From: Eledone cirrhosa
Lineage: Eukaryota
Assembly (NCBI GenBank): GCA_964016885.1
Contig: OZ024743.1
Location: 189,844,001 to 189,908,000 of the forward strand
Direction of reading: 5' to 3'
Length of the DNA stretch: 64,000 nt
Shown: piece by piece, positions 51,950 to 64,000 of the stretch
How the letters are laid out: each line of letters starts with the position of its first letter
How positions within the stretch are numbered: position 1 is the first letter of the stretch
Position numbers and translations under genes: made by a program
Notes under the pieces: generated by a model
Told to the model about the DNA's origin: nothing
Databases searched by the model: none
Seen by the model: only the letters and a program-made list of their open reading frames with translations

Positions 51950-54900
51950 AAAATGAATATTTTTTCCGTTTACCGTTTTCTGTACCCCGGCCGATTAACC
52001 CACACGATATGCAAATTAGGCTGCTCAGCCGTTAATATGCAAAAGGAAGTATATACTTTCAGACGTTCAATCAAATGACAAGAAGGTATACGTTACTGAC
52101 GATAGCTAATAAGCTTGAATCTAGTACAGCGTTCCTTTGTCAGTGTTGTACAAATGAGCAACGATGGTTGCTAGACACTGTACGGCTTAATACGGGATGT
52201 TTGTTTACAAACACACCGAGCATTATAATAAATGTTCGTTGAAACCATACGTACATATATATATGTGTGCATGTATGTATATATACATACTACTGTACGT
52301 CTGTATACATATTTGTATGTACGTGTACATACTTATATTTAAGTAACAGCTGTACTAAGAGTGAGAAATGAAATTTCGTTTCATTCTTTCCGTTTATCGT
52401 TCGGTACCCCGGCCGATTAACTCACTCGATATGCAAATTAGGCTGCTCAGCCGTTAATATGCATAAGGAAAGTATATACTTTCAGATGTTCAATCATCTG
52501 ACAGGAAGGTATACGTTGCTGACGATAGCTAATAAGCTTGAATCTAGTACAGCGTTCCTTTGTCAGTGTTGTACAAATGAGCAACGATGGTTGCTAGACA
52601 CTGTACGGCTTAATACGGGATGTTTGTTTACAAACACACCGAGCATTATAATAAATGTTCGTTGAAACCATACGTACATATATATATGTGTGCATGTATG
52701 TATATATATATACATACTACTGTACGTCTGTATACATATTTGTATGTACGTGTACATACTTATATTTAATTAACAGCCGTACTAAGAGTGGGAAATGAAA
52801 TTTCGTTTCATTTTTTCCGTTTATCGATTTCGGTGAACCCGGCCGATTAACCCAGTCGATATGCAAATTGGGCTACTCAGCCGTTAATATTATGTATAAG
52901 GCAAGTATATACGTTCAACAATCTGGCAGGAAGGTATATTGCTGACGATAGCTAATAAGCTTGAAACTAGTACAGCGTTTCTTTAACAGTGTTGAACAAA
53001 TAAGCAACGATGGTTGATTAATTCGGGTTGTTTGTTTACAAACACACCGAGCATTATATTAAATGTTCGTTGAATCCATACGTACATATATATATCTGTG
53101 TATGTATGTATATATATATACATACTACTGTACATCTGTATACATATATGTATGTACGTATCCATACTCATATTTAAGTAACAGCCGTACTAAGAGTGAG
53201 AAATGAAATTTCGTTTCATTTTTTCCGTTTATAGTTTTCGGTATGCCCATCCGATTAACTCACTCGATATGCAAATTAGGCTGCTCAGCCGTTAATATGC
53301 ATAAGGAAAGTATATACTTTCAGATGTTCAATCATCTGGCAGGAAGGTATACGTTACTGACGATAGCTAATAAGCTTGAATCTAGTACAGCGTTCCTTTG
53401 TCAGTGTTGTACAAATGAGCAACGATGGTTGCTAGACACTGTACGGCTTAATACGGGATGTTTGTTTACAAACACACCGAGCATTATAATAAATGTTCGG
53501 TGAATCCATACGTACATATATATATGTGTGCATGTATGTATATATACATACTACTGTACGTCTGTATACATATATGTATGTACGTATACATACTTATATT
53601 TAAGTAACAGCCGTACTAACAGTGAGAAATGAAATTTCGTTTCATTTTTTCCGTTTATCGTTTTCTGTGCACCCGGCCGAATAACCCACACCATATGCAA
53701 ATTGGGCTACTCAGCCGTTAATATGCATAAGGTAAGTATATACGTTCAACAATCTGGCAGGATGGTATACGTTGCTGACGATAGCTAATAAGCTTGAAAC
53801 TAGTACAGCGTTCCTTTGTCAGTGTTGAACAAACGAGCAACGATGGTTGCTAGACACTACGGCTTAATACGGGATGTTTGTTTACAAACACACCGAGCAT
53901 TATAATAAATGTTCGGTGAAACCATACGTACATATATATATGTGTGGATGTATGCATATATACATACTACTGTACGTATGAATGTAGTATGTACATATAT
54001 ATATATATGTGTGCCTGTATGTATATATATATACATACTACTGTACGTCTGTATACATATATGTATGTACGTATACATACTTATATTTAAGTAACAGCCG
54101 TACTAACAGTGAGAAATGAAATTTCGTTTCATTTTTTCCGTCTATCGTTGTCTGTGCACCCGGCCGAATAACCCACACCATATGCAAATTGGGCTACTCA
54201 GCCGTTAATATGCATAAGGTAAGTATATACGTTCAACAATCTGGCAGGATGGTATACGTTGCTGACGATAGCTAATAAGCTTGAAACTAGTACAGCGTTC
54301 CTTTGTCAGTGTTGAACAAACGAGCAACGATGGTTGCTAGACACTACGGCTTAATACGGGATGTTTGTTTACAAACACACCGAGCATTATAATAAATGTT
54401 CGGTGAAACCATACGTACAAATATATATGTGTGGATGTATGCATATATACATACTACTGTACGTATGAATGTAGTATGTACATATATATATATATGTGTG
54501 CCTGTATGTATATATATATACATACTACTGTACGTCTGTATACATATATGTATGTACGTATACATACTTATATTTAAGTAACAGCCGTACTAAGATTGGG
54601 AAATGAAATTTCGTTTCATTTTTTCCGTTTATCGTTTTCGGTGCACCCGGCCAATTAACCCAGTCGATATGCAAATTGGGCTACTTAGCCGTTAATATGC
54701 ATAAGGTAAGTATATACGTTCAACAATCTGGCCGGAAGGTATATGTTGCTGACGATAGCTAATAAGCTTGAAACTAGTACAGCGTTCCTTTGTCAATGTT
54801 GAACAAACGAGAAACGATCGTTGCTGGACATTACGGCTTAATACGGGATGTTTGCTTACAAACACACCGAGGATTATCATAAGTCTTCGTTGACGCCATA

Positions 54901-57900
54901 CGTACATATATATATGTGTGCCTGTATGTATATATATATACATTCTACTGTACGTCTGTATACATATTTGTATGTACGTGTACATACATATATTTAAGTA
55001 ACAGCCGTACTAAGAGTGGGAAATGAAATTTCGTTTCATTTCTTCCGTTTATCGATTTCGGTGAACCGGCCGATTAACCCAGTCGATATGCAAATTGGGC
55101 TACTCAGCCGTTAATATGCATAAGGTAAGTATATACGTTCAACAATCTGGCAGGAAGGTATATTGCTGACGATAGCTAATAAGCTTGAAACTAGTACAGC
55201 GTTTCTTTAACAGTGTTGAACAAATGAGCAACGATGGTTGCTTAATTCGGGTTGTTTGTTTACAAACACACCGAGCATTATATTAAATGTTCGGTGAATC
55301 CATACGTACATATATATATCTGTGCATGTATGTATATATATATACATACTACTGTACATCTGTATACATATATGTATGTACGTATACATACTCATATTTA
55401 AGTAACAGCCGTACTAAGAGTGAGAAATGAAATTTCGTTTCATTTTTTCGTTTATAGTTTTCGGTATGTCCATCATAATAACTCACTCGATATGCAAATT
55501 AGGCTGCTCAGCCGTTAATATGCATAAGGAAAGTATATACTTTCAGATGTTCAATCATCTGGCAGGAAGGTATACGTTGCTGACGATAGCTCATAAGCCT
55601 AAAACTAGTACAGCGTTCCTTGGTCAGTGTTGTACAAATGAGCAACGATGGTTGCTAGACACTGTACGGCTTAATACGTGATGTTTGTTTACAAACACAC
55701 CGAGCATTATAATAAATGTTCAGTGCATCCATACGTAGATATATACACGTGTGCATGTATGTATATATATATACATACTACTGTACGTCTGTATACATAT
55801 ATCTATGTACGTGTACGTACTTATATTTAAGTAACAGCCGTAGTAAGATTGGGAAATGAAATTTCGTTTCATTTTTTCCGTTTACCGTTTTCTGTGCACC
55901 CGGCCGATTAACCCACCGGATATGCAAATTGGACTACTCAGCCGTTAATATGCATAAGGTAAGTATATACGTTCAACAATCTGGCAGGAAGGTATACGTT
56001 GCTGACGATAGCTAATAAGCTTGAAACTAGTACAGTGTTCCTTTGTAACTGTTGAACAAACGAGCAACGATGGTTGCTAGACACTACGGTTTAATAGGGG
56101 ATGTTTGTTTACAAATACACCGAGCATTATAATAAATATTCGGTGAAACCATACGTATATATATATATGTGTGCATGTATGTATATATATATACACATAC
56201 TACTGTACGCCTGTATACATATTTGTATGTACGTGTACATACTTATATTTAAGTAACAGCCGTACTAAGAGTGGGAAATGAAATTTCGTTTCATTTTTTC
56301 CGTTTATCGATTTCGGTGAACCGGGCCGATTAACCCAGTCGATATGCAAATTGGGCTACTCAGCCGTTAATATGCATAAGGTAAGTATATACGTTCAACA
56401 ATCTGGCAGGGAGGTATATTGCTGACGATAGCTAATAAGCTTGAAACTAGTACAGCGTTTCTTTAACAGTGTTGAACAAATGAGCAACGATGGTTGCTTA
56501 ATTCGGGTTGTTTGTTTACAAACACACCGAGCATTATAATAAATGTTCAGTGAATCCATACGTACATATATATATGTGTGCATGTATGTATATATATATA
56601 CATACTACTGTACGTCTGTATACATATATGGATGTACGTATACATACTCATATTTAGGTAACAGCCGTACTAAGAGTGAGAAATGAAATTTCGTTTCATT
56701 TTTTCCGTTTAAAGTTTTCGGTATGCCCGACCGTTTAACCCACTCGATATGCAAATTAGGCTGCTCAGCCGTTAATATGCATAAGGAAAGTATATACTTT
56801 CAGACGTTCAATCATCTGGCAGGAAGTTATAAGTTGCTGACGATAGCTAATAAGCCTGAAACTAGTACAGTGTTCCTTTGTCAGTGTTGAATAAATGAGC
56901 AACGATGGTTGCTAGACACTACGGTTTAATAGGGGATGTTTGTTTACAAATACACCGAGCATTATAATAAATATTCGGTGAAACCATACGTATATATATA
57001 TATGTGTGCATGTATGTATATATATATACACATACTACTGTACGCCTGTATACATATTTGTATGTACGTGTACATACTTATATTTAAGTAACAGCCGTAC
57101 TAAGAGTGGGAAATGAAATTTCGTTTCATTTTTTCCGTTTATCGATTTCGGTGAACCGGGCCGATTAACCCAGTCGATATGCAAATTGGGCTACTCAGCC
57201 GTTAATATGCATAAGGTAAGTATATACGTTCAACAATCTGGCAGGGAGGTATATTGCTGACGATAGCTAATAAGCTTGAAACTAGTACAGCGTTTCTTTA
57301 ACAGTGTTGAACAAATGAGCAACGATGGTTGCTTAATTCGGGTTGTTTGTTTACAAACACACCGAGCATTATAATAAATGTTCAGTGAATCCATACGTAC
57401 ATATATATATGTGTGCATGTATGTATATATATATACATACTACTGTACGTCTGTATACATATATGTATGTACGTATACATACTCATATTTAGGTAACAGC
57501 CGTACTAAGAGTGAGAAATGAAATTTCGTTTCATTTTTTCCGTTTAAAGTTTTCGGTATGCCCGACCGATTAACCCACTCGATATGCAAATTAGGCTGCT
57601 CAGCCGTTAATATGCATAAGGAAAGTATATACTTTCAGACGTTCAATCATCTGGCAGGAAGTTATAAGTTGCTGACTATAGCTAATAAGCCTGAAACTAG
57701 TACAGTGTTCCTTTGTCAGTGTTGAATAAATGAGCAACGATGGTTGCTAGACACTGTACGGCTTAATTCGGGATGTTTGTTTACAAACACACCGAGCATT
57801 ATAAAAAATGTTCGGTGAATCCATACATACATATATATATGTATGTATATATATATATACATACTACTGTACGTCTGTATACTTATATGTATGTACGTAT

Positions 57901-60900
57901 ATATACATATATTTAATTAACAGCCGTACTAAGAGTGAGAAATGAAATTCGTTTCATTTTTTCCGTTTATCGTATCCGTACCCCGGCCGATTAACTCTCT
58001 CGGTATGCAAATTAGGCTGCTCAGCCGTTTATATGCATTAGCAAAATATATACTTTCAGACGTTCAATCATCTAGCAGGAAGGTATATGTTGCTGACGAT
58101 AGCTAATAAGCTTGAAACTAGTACAGCGTTCCTTTATCAGTGTTGAACAAATGAGCAACGATGGTTGCTAGACACTGTACGGTCTAATACGGGATGTTTG
58201 TTTACAAACACACCGTGCATTATAATAAATGTTCGGTGAATCCATACGTACATATATATATGTGTGTGCCTGTATGTATATATATATACATACTACTGTA
58301 CGTATGAATACATATAAGTATGTACGTATACATACTTATATTTAAGTAACAGCCGTACTAAGAGTGGGAAAGGAAATTTCGTTTCATTTTTTCCGTTTAT
58401 CGTTTTCGGTGCACGCGGCCGATTAACTCACTCGATATGCAAATTGGGCTACTCAGCCGTTAATATGCATAAGGTAAGTATATACGTTCAACAATCTGGC
58501 AGGAAGGTATGTTGCTGACGATAGCTAATAAGCTTGAATCTAGTACAGAGTTCCTTTGACAGTGTTGAACAAATAAGCAACGATGGTTGCTTAATTCGGG
58601 TTGTTTGTTTACAAACACACCGAGCATTATAATAAATCTTCGTTGAAACCATACATACATATATACATGTGTGCATGTATGTATATATATATACATACTA
58701 CTGTACGTCTGTATACATATATGTATGTACGTATACATATTTATATTTAAGTAACAGCCGTACTAAGAGTGAGAAATGAAATTTCGGTTCATACTTTCCG
58801 TTTATCGTTTTCGGTATGCCCGTCCGATTAACTCACTCGATATGCAAATTAGGCTGCTCAGCCGTTAATATGCATAGGGAAAGTATATACTTTCAGACGT
58901 TCAATCATCTGGCAGGAAGGTATAATTTGCTGACGATAGCTAATAAGCTTGAAACTAGTACAGCGTTCCTTTGTCAGTGTTGAATAAATGAGCAACGATG
59001 GTTGCTAAACACTGTACGGCTTAATTCGGGATGTTTGTTTACAAACACACCGAGCATTATAATAAATGTTCAGTGAATCCATACGTAGATATATACACGT
59101 GTGCATGTATGTATATATATATACATACTACTGTACGCCTGTATACATATTTGTATGTACGTGTACATACTTATATTTAAGTAACAGCCGTACTAAGAAT
59201 GGGAAATGAAATTTCGTTTCATTTTTAACGTTTATAGATTTCGGTGAGCCCGGCCGATTAACACACTCGATATGCAAATTGGGCTACTCAGCCGTTAATA
59301 TGCATAAGGTAAGTATATACGTTCAACAATCCGGCAAGAAGGTATGTTGCTGACGATAGCTACTAAGCTTGTATCTAGTACAGCGTTTCTTTAACAGTGT
59401 TGAACAAATGAGCAACGATGGTTGCTTAATTCGGGTTGTTTGTTTACAAACACACCGAGCATTATAATAAATGTTCAGTGAATCCATACGTAGATATATA
59501 CACGTGTGCATGTATGTATATATATATACATACTACTGTACGTCTGTATACATATATGTATGTACGTATACATACTCATATTTAAGTAACAGCCGTACTA
59601 AGAGTGAGAAATGAAATTTCGTTTCATTTTTTCCGTTTAAAGTTTTCGGTATGCCCGTCCGATTAACCCACTCGATATGCAAATTAGGCTGCTCAGCCGT
59701 TAATATGCATAAGGAAAGTATATACTTTCAGACGTTCAATCATCTGGCAGGAAGTTATAAGTTGCTGACGATAGCTAATAAGCCTGAAACTAGTACAGTG
59801 TTCCTTTGTCAGTGTTGAATAAATGAGCAACGATGGTTGCTAAACACTGTACGGCTTAATTCGGGATGTTTGTTTACAAACACACCGAGCATTATAAAAA
59901 ATGTTCGGTGAATCCATACATACATATATATATGTGTGCATGTATGTATATATATATATACATACTACTGTACGTCTGTATACTTATATGTATGTACGTA
60001 TACATACATATATTTAATTAACAGCCGTACTAAGAGTGAGAAATGAAATTCGTTTCATTTTTTCCGTTTATCGTATCCGTACCCCGGCCGATTAACTCTC
60101 TCGGTATGCAAATTAGGCTGCTCAGCCGTTTATATGCATAAGCAAAATATATACTTTGAGACGTTCAATCATCTAGCAGGAAGGTATACGTTGCTGACGA
60201 TAGCTAATAAGCTTGAAACTAGTACAGCGTTCCTTTATCAGTGTTGAACAAATGAGCAACGATGGTTGCTAGACACTGTACGGTCTAATACGGGTTGTTT
60301 GTTTACAAACACACCGTGCATTATAATAAATGTTCGTTGAATCCATACGTACATATATATATGTGTGTGCCTGTATGTATAGATATATACATACTACTGT
60401 ACGTCTGAATACATATATGTATGTACGTATACATACTTATATTTAAGTAACAGCCGTACTAAGAGTGGGAAAGGAAATTTCGTTTCATTTTTTCCGTTTA
60501 TCGTTTTTTGGTGCACGCGGCCGATTAACTCACTCGATATGCAAATTGGGCTACTCAGCCGTTAATATGCATAAGGTAGTATATACGTTCAACAATCTGG
60601 CAGGAAGGTATGTTGCTGATGATAGCTAATAAGCTTGAATCTAGTACAGAGTTCCTTTGACAGTGTTGAACAAATGAGCAACGATGGTTGCTTACTTCGG
60701 GTTCTTTGTTTACAAACACACCGAGCATTATATTAAATCTTCGTTGAAACCATACATACATATATACATGTGTGCATGTATGTATATATATATACATACT
60801 ACTGTACGTCTGTATACATATATGTATGTACGTATACATATTTATATTTAAGTAACAGCCGTACTAAGAGTGAGAAATGAAATTTCGGTTCATACTTTCC

Positions 60901-63900
60901 GTTTATCGTTTTCGGTATGCCCGTCCGATTAACACACTCGATATGCAAATTAGGCTGCTCAGCAGGTAATATGCATAAGGAAAGTATATACTTTCAGACG
61001 TTCAATCATCTGGCAGGAAGGTATAATTTGCTGACGATAGCTAATAAGCTTGACACTAGTACAGCGTTCCTTTGTCAGTGTTGAATAAATGAACAACGAT
61101 GGTTGCTATACACTGTACGGCTTAATTCGGGATGTTAGTTTACAAATACACCGAGCATTATAAAAAAAATGTTCTGTGAATCCATACGTATATATATATA
61201 TATGTGTGCCTGTATGTATATATATATATACATACTACTGTACGTCTGTATACTTATATGTATGTAGGTATACATACTTTTATTTAAGTAACAGCCGTAC
61301 TAAGAGTGAGAAATGAAATTTCGTTTCATTTTTTCCGTATATCGTTTCCGTACCCCGGCCGATTAACTCACTCGGTATGCAAATTAGGCTGCTCAGACGT
61401 TAATATGCATAGGGAAAGTATATACTTTCAGACGTTCAATCATCTGGCAGGAAGGTATACGTTGCTGACGATAGCTAATAAGCTTGAAACTAGTACAGCG
61501 TTCCTTTATGAGTGTTGAACGAATGAGCAACGATGGTTGCTAGACACTGTACGGCTTAATACGGGATGTTTGTTTACAAATACACCGAGCATTATTAAAA
61601 AATGTTCTGTGAATCCATACGTATATATATATATGTGTGCATGTATGTATATATATATACATACTATTGTACGCCTGTATACATATTTGTATGTACGTGT
61701 ACATATTTATATTTAAGTAACAGCCGTACTAAGAGTGGGATATGAAATTTCGTTTCATTTTTAACGTTTATAGATTTCGTTGAGCCCGGCCGATTAACAC
61801 ACTCGATATGCAAATTGGGCTACTCGACCGTTAATATGCATAAGGTAAGTATATACGTTCAACAATCCGGCAAGAAGGTATGTTGTTGACGATAGCTAAT
61901 AAGCTTGTATCTAGTACAGCGTTTCTTTAACAGTGTTGAACAAATGAGCAACGATGGTTGCTTAATTCGGGTTGTTTGTTTACAAGGACACCGAGCATTA
62001 TATTAATTGTTCGTTGAATCCATACGTACATATATATATGTGTGCATGTATGTATATATATATACATACTACTGTACGTCTGTATACATATATGTATGTA
62101 CGTATACATATTTATATTTAAGTAACAGCCGTACTAAGAGTGAGAAATGAAATTTTGGTTCATACTTTCCGTTTATCGTTTCGGTATGCCCGTCCGATTA
62201 ACTCACTCGATATGCAAATTAGGCTGCTCATCCGTTAATATGCATAAGGAAAGTATATACTTTCAGACGTTCAATCATCTGGCAGGAAGGTATAATTTGC
62301 TGACGATAGCTAATAAGCTTGAAACTAGTACAGCGTTCCTTTGTCAGTGTTGAATAAATGAGCAACGATGGTTGCTAAACACTGTACGGCTTAATTCGGG
62401 ATGTTTGTTTACAAACACACCGAGCATTATAAAAAATGTTCGGTGAATCCATACGTATACATATATATATGTGTGCATGTATGTATATATATATACATAC
62501 TACTGTACGTCTGTATACTTATATGTATGTACGTATACATACATATATTTAATTAACAGCCGTACTAAGAGTGAGAAATGAAATTCGTTTCATTTTTTCC
62601 GTTTATCGTATCCGTACCCCGGCCGATTAACTCTCTCGGTATGCAAATTAGGCTGCTCAGCCGTTTATATGCATAAGCAAAATATATACTTTCAGACGTT
62701 CAATCATCTAGCAGGAAGGTATACGTTGCTGACGATAGCTAATAAGCTTGAAACTAGTACAGCGTTCCTTTATCAGTGTTGAACAAATGAGCAACGATGG
62801 TTCCTAGACACTGTACGGTCTAATACGGGATGTTTGTTTACAAACACACCGTGCATTATAATAAATGTTCGTTGAATCCATACGTACATATATATATGTG
62901 TGTGCCTGTATGTATATATATATACATACTACTGTACGTCTGAATACATATATGTATGTACGTATACATACTTATATTTAAGTAACAGCCGTACTAAGAG
63001 TGGGAAAGGAAATTTCGTTTCATTTTTAACGTTTATCGTATTTGGTGCACGCGGCCGATTAACTCACTCGATATGCAAATTGGGCTACTCAGCCATTAAT
63101 ATGCATAAGGTAGTATATACGTTCAACAATCTGGCAGGAAGGTATGTTGCTGATGATAGCTAATAAGCTTGAATCTAGTACAGAGTTCCTTTGACAGTGT
63201 TGAACAAATGAGCAACGATGGTTGCTTAATTCGGGTTGTTTGTTTACAAACACACCGAGCATTATATTAAATCTTCGTTGAAACCATACATACATATATA
63301 CATGTGTGCATGTATGTATATATATATTCATACTACTGTACGTCTGTATACATATATGTATGTACGTATACATATTTATATTTAAGTAACAGCCGTACTA
63401 AGAGTGAGAAATGAAATTTCGGTTCATACTTTCCGTTTATCGTTTTCGGTATGCCCGTCCGATTAACACACTCGATATGCAAATTAGGCTGCTCAGCCGG
63501 TAATATGCATAAGGAAAGTATATACTTTCAGACGTTCAATCATCTGGCAGGAAGGTATAATTTGCTGACGATAGCTAATAAGCTTGACACTAGTACAGCG
63601 TTCCTTTGTCAGTGTTGAATAAATGAACAACGATGGTTGCTATACACTGTACGGCTTAATTCGGGATGTTAGTTTACAAATACACCGAGCATTATAAAAA
63701 AAATGTTCTGTGAATCCATACGTATATATATATATATGTGTGCCTGTATGTATATATATATATACATACTACTGTACGTCTGTATACTTATATGTATGTA
63801 GGTATACATACTTTTATTTAAGTAACAGCCGTACTAAGAGTGAGAAATGAAATTTCGTTTCATTTTTTCCGTATATCGTTTCCGTACCCCGGCCGATTAA

Positions 63901-64000
63901 CTCACTCGGTATGCAAATTAGGCTGCTCAGACGTTAATATGCATAGGGAAAGTATATACTTTCAGACGTTCAATCATCTGGCAGGAAGGTATACGTTGCT
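51950..64000 (+). repeat. Tandem array of ~29 monomers (mostly 404-436 bp, two of 487 bp), each with a hammerhead; candidate non-LTR retrozyme satellite, runs off the window
   Basis: Anchor GAAATGAAATTTCG recurs at 52365, 52792, 53200, 53626, 54113, 54600, 55020 ... 63408, 63844. Confidence 0.95.
53744..53830 (+). ncRNA. Representative intact satellite hammerhead (type I, minimal); predicted cleavage after 53805
   Basis: GTTCAACA..CTGGCA..ACGTTG-CTGACGA-T-AGCT-AATA-AGCT-T-GAAA-CTAG-TA^CAGCGT..TGTCAG-TGTTGAAC; conserved core intact, GUA triplet. Confidence 0.85.

Noticed and set aside
51950-64000. CRISPR array or repeated protein-coding ORFs in the tandem array
   Set aside because: Whole monomers repeat with no unique spacers and no cas genes; the ORFs are short, vary between units and are dominated by microsatellite translations.

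Overview
AT-rich, repeat-dense eukaryotic DNA with no host protein-coding gene I can support. The tRNA-derived SINE families and (TA)n/(ATC)n microsatellites resemble an octopus-type cephalopod genome (inference). Retroelements present: a 5'-truncated Ty3/Gypsy with its 3' LTR (14.6-18.7 kb, -), a 3'-truncated L1/Tx1 element (22.9-26.2 kb, +), a near-complete RTE LINE ending in three C2H2 fingers (26.3-29.7 kb, +), RTE-derived non-autonomous elements, a CRE-like fragment (50.3-51.8 kb, -), several Penelope-like GIY-YIG fragments, and many SINEs and MITEs. Main finding: the tandem array from ~51.95 kb to the window end (405-487 bp monomers with higher-order structure) carries a minimal type I hammerhead ribozyme in every monomer (ACGTTG-CTGACGA-TAGCTAATAAGCTT-GAAA-CTAG-TA^CAGCGT) behind an octamer-containing module. 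This makes it a candidate non-LTR retrozyme / self-cleaving circRNA array. A dispersed ~419-bp relative at 1.75-2.45 kb shares the upstream module, and at least four further hammerhead families occur in inverted or terminally redundant arrangements typical of Penelope-mediated insertion. All alignments and folds were done by eye, so boundaries are approximate.
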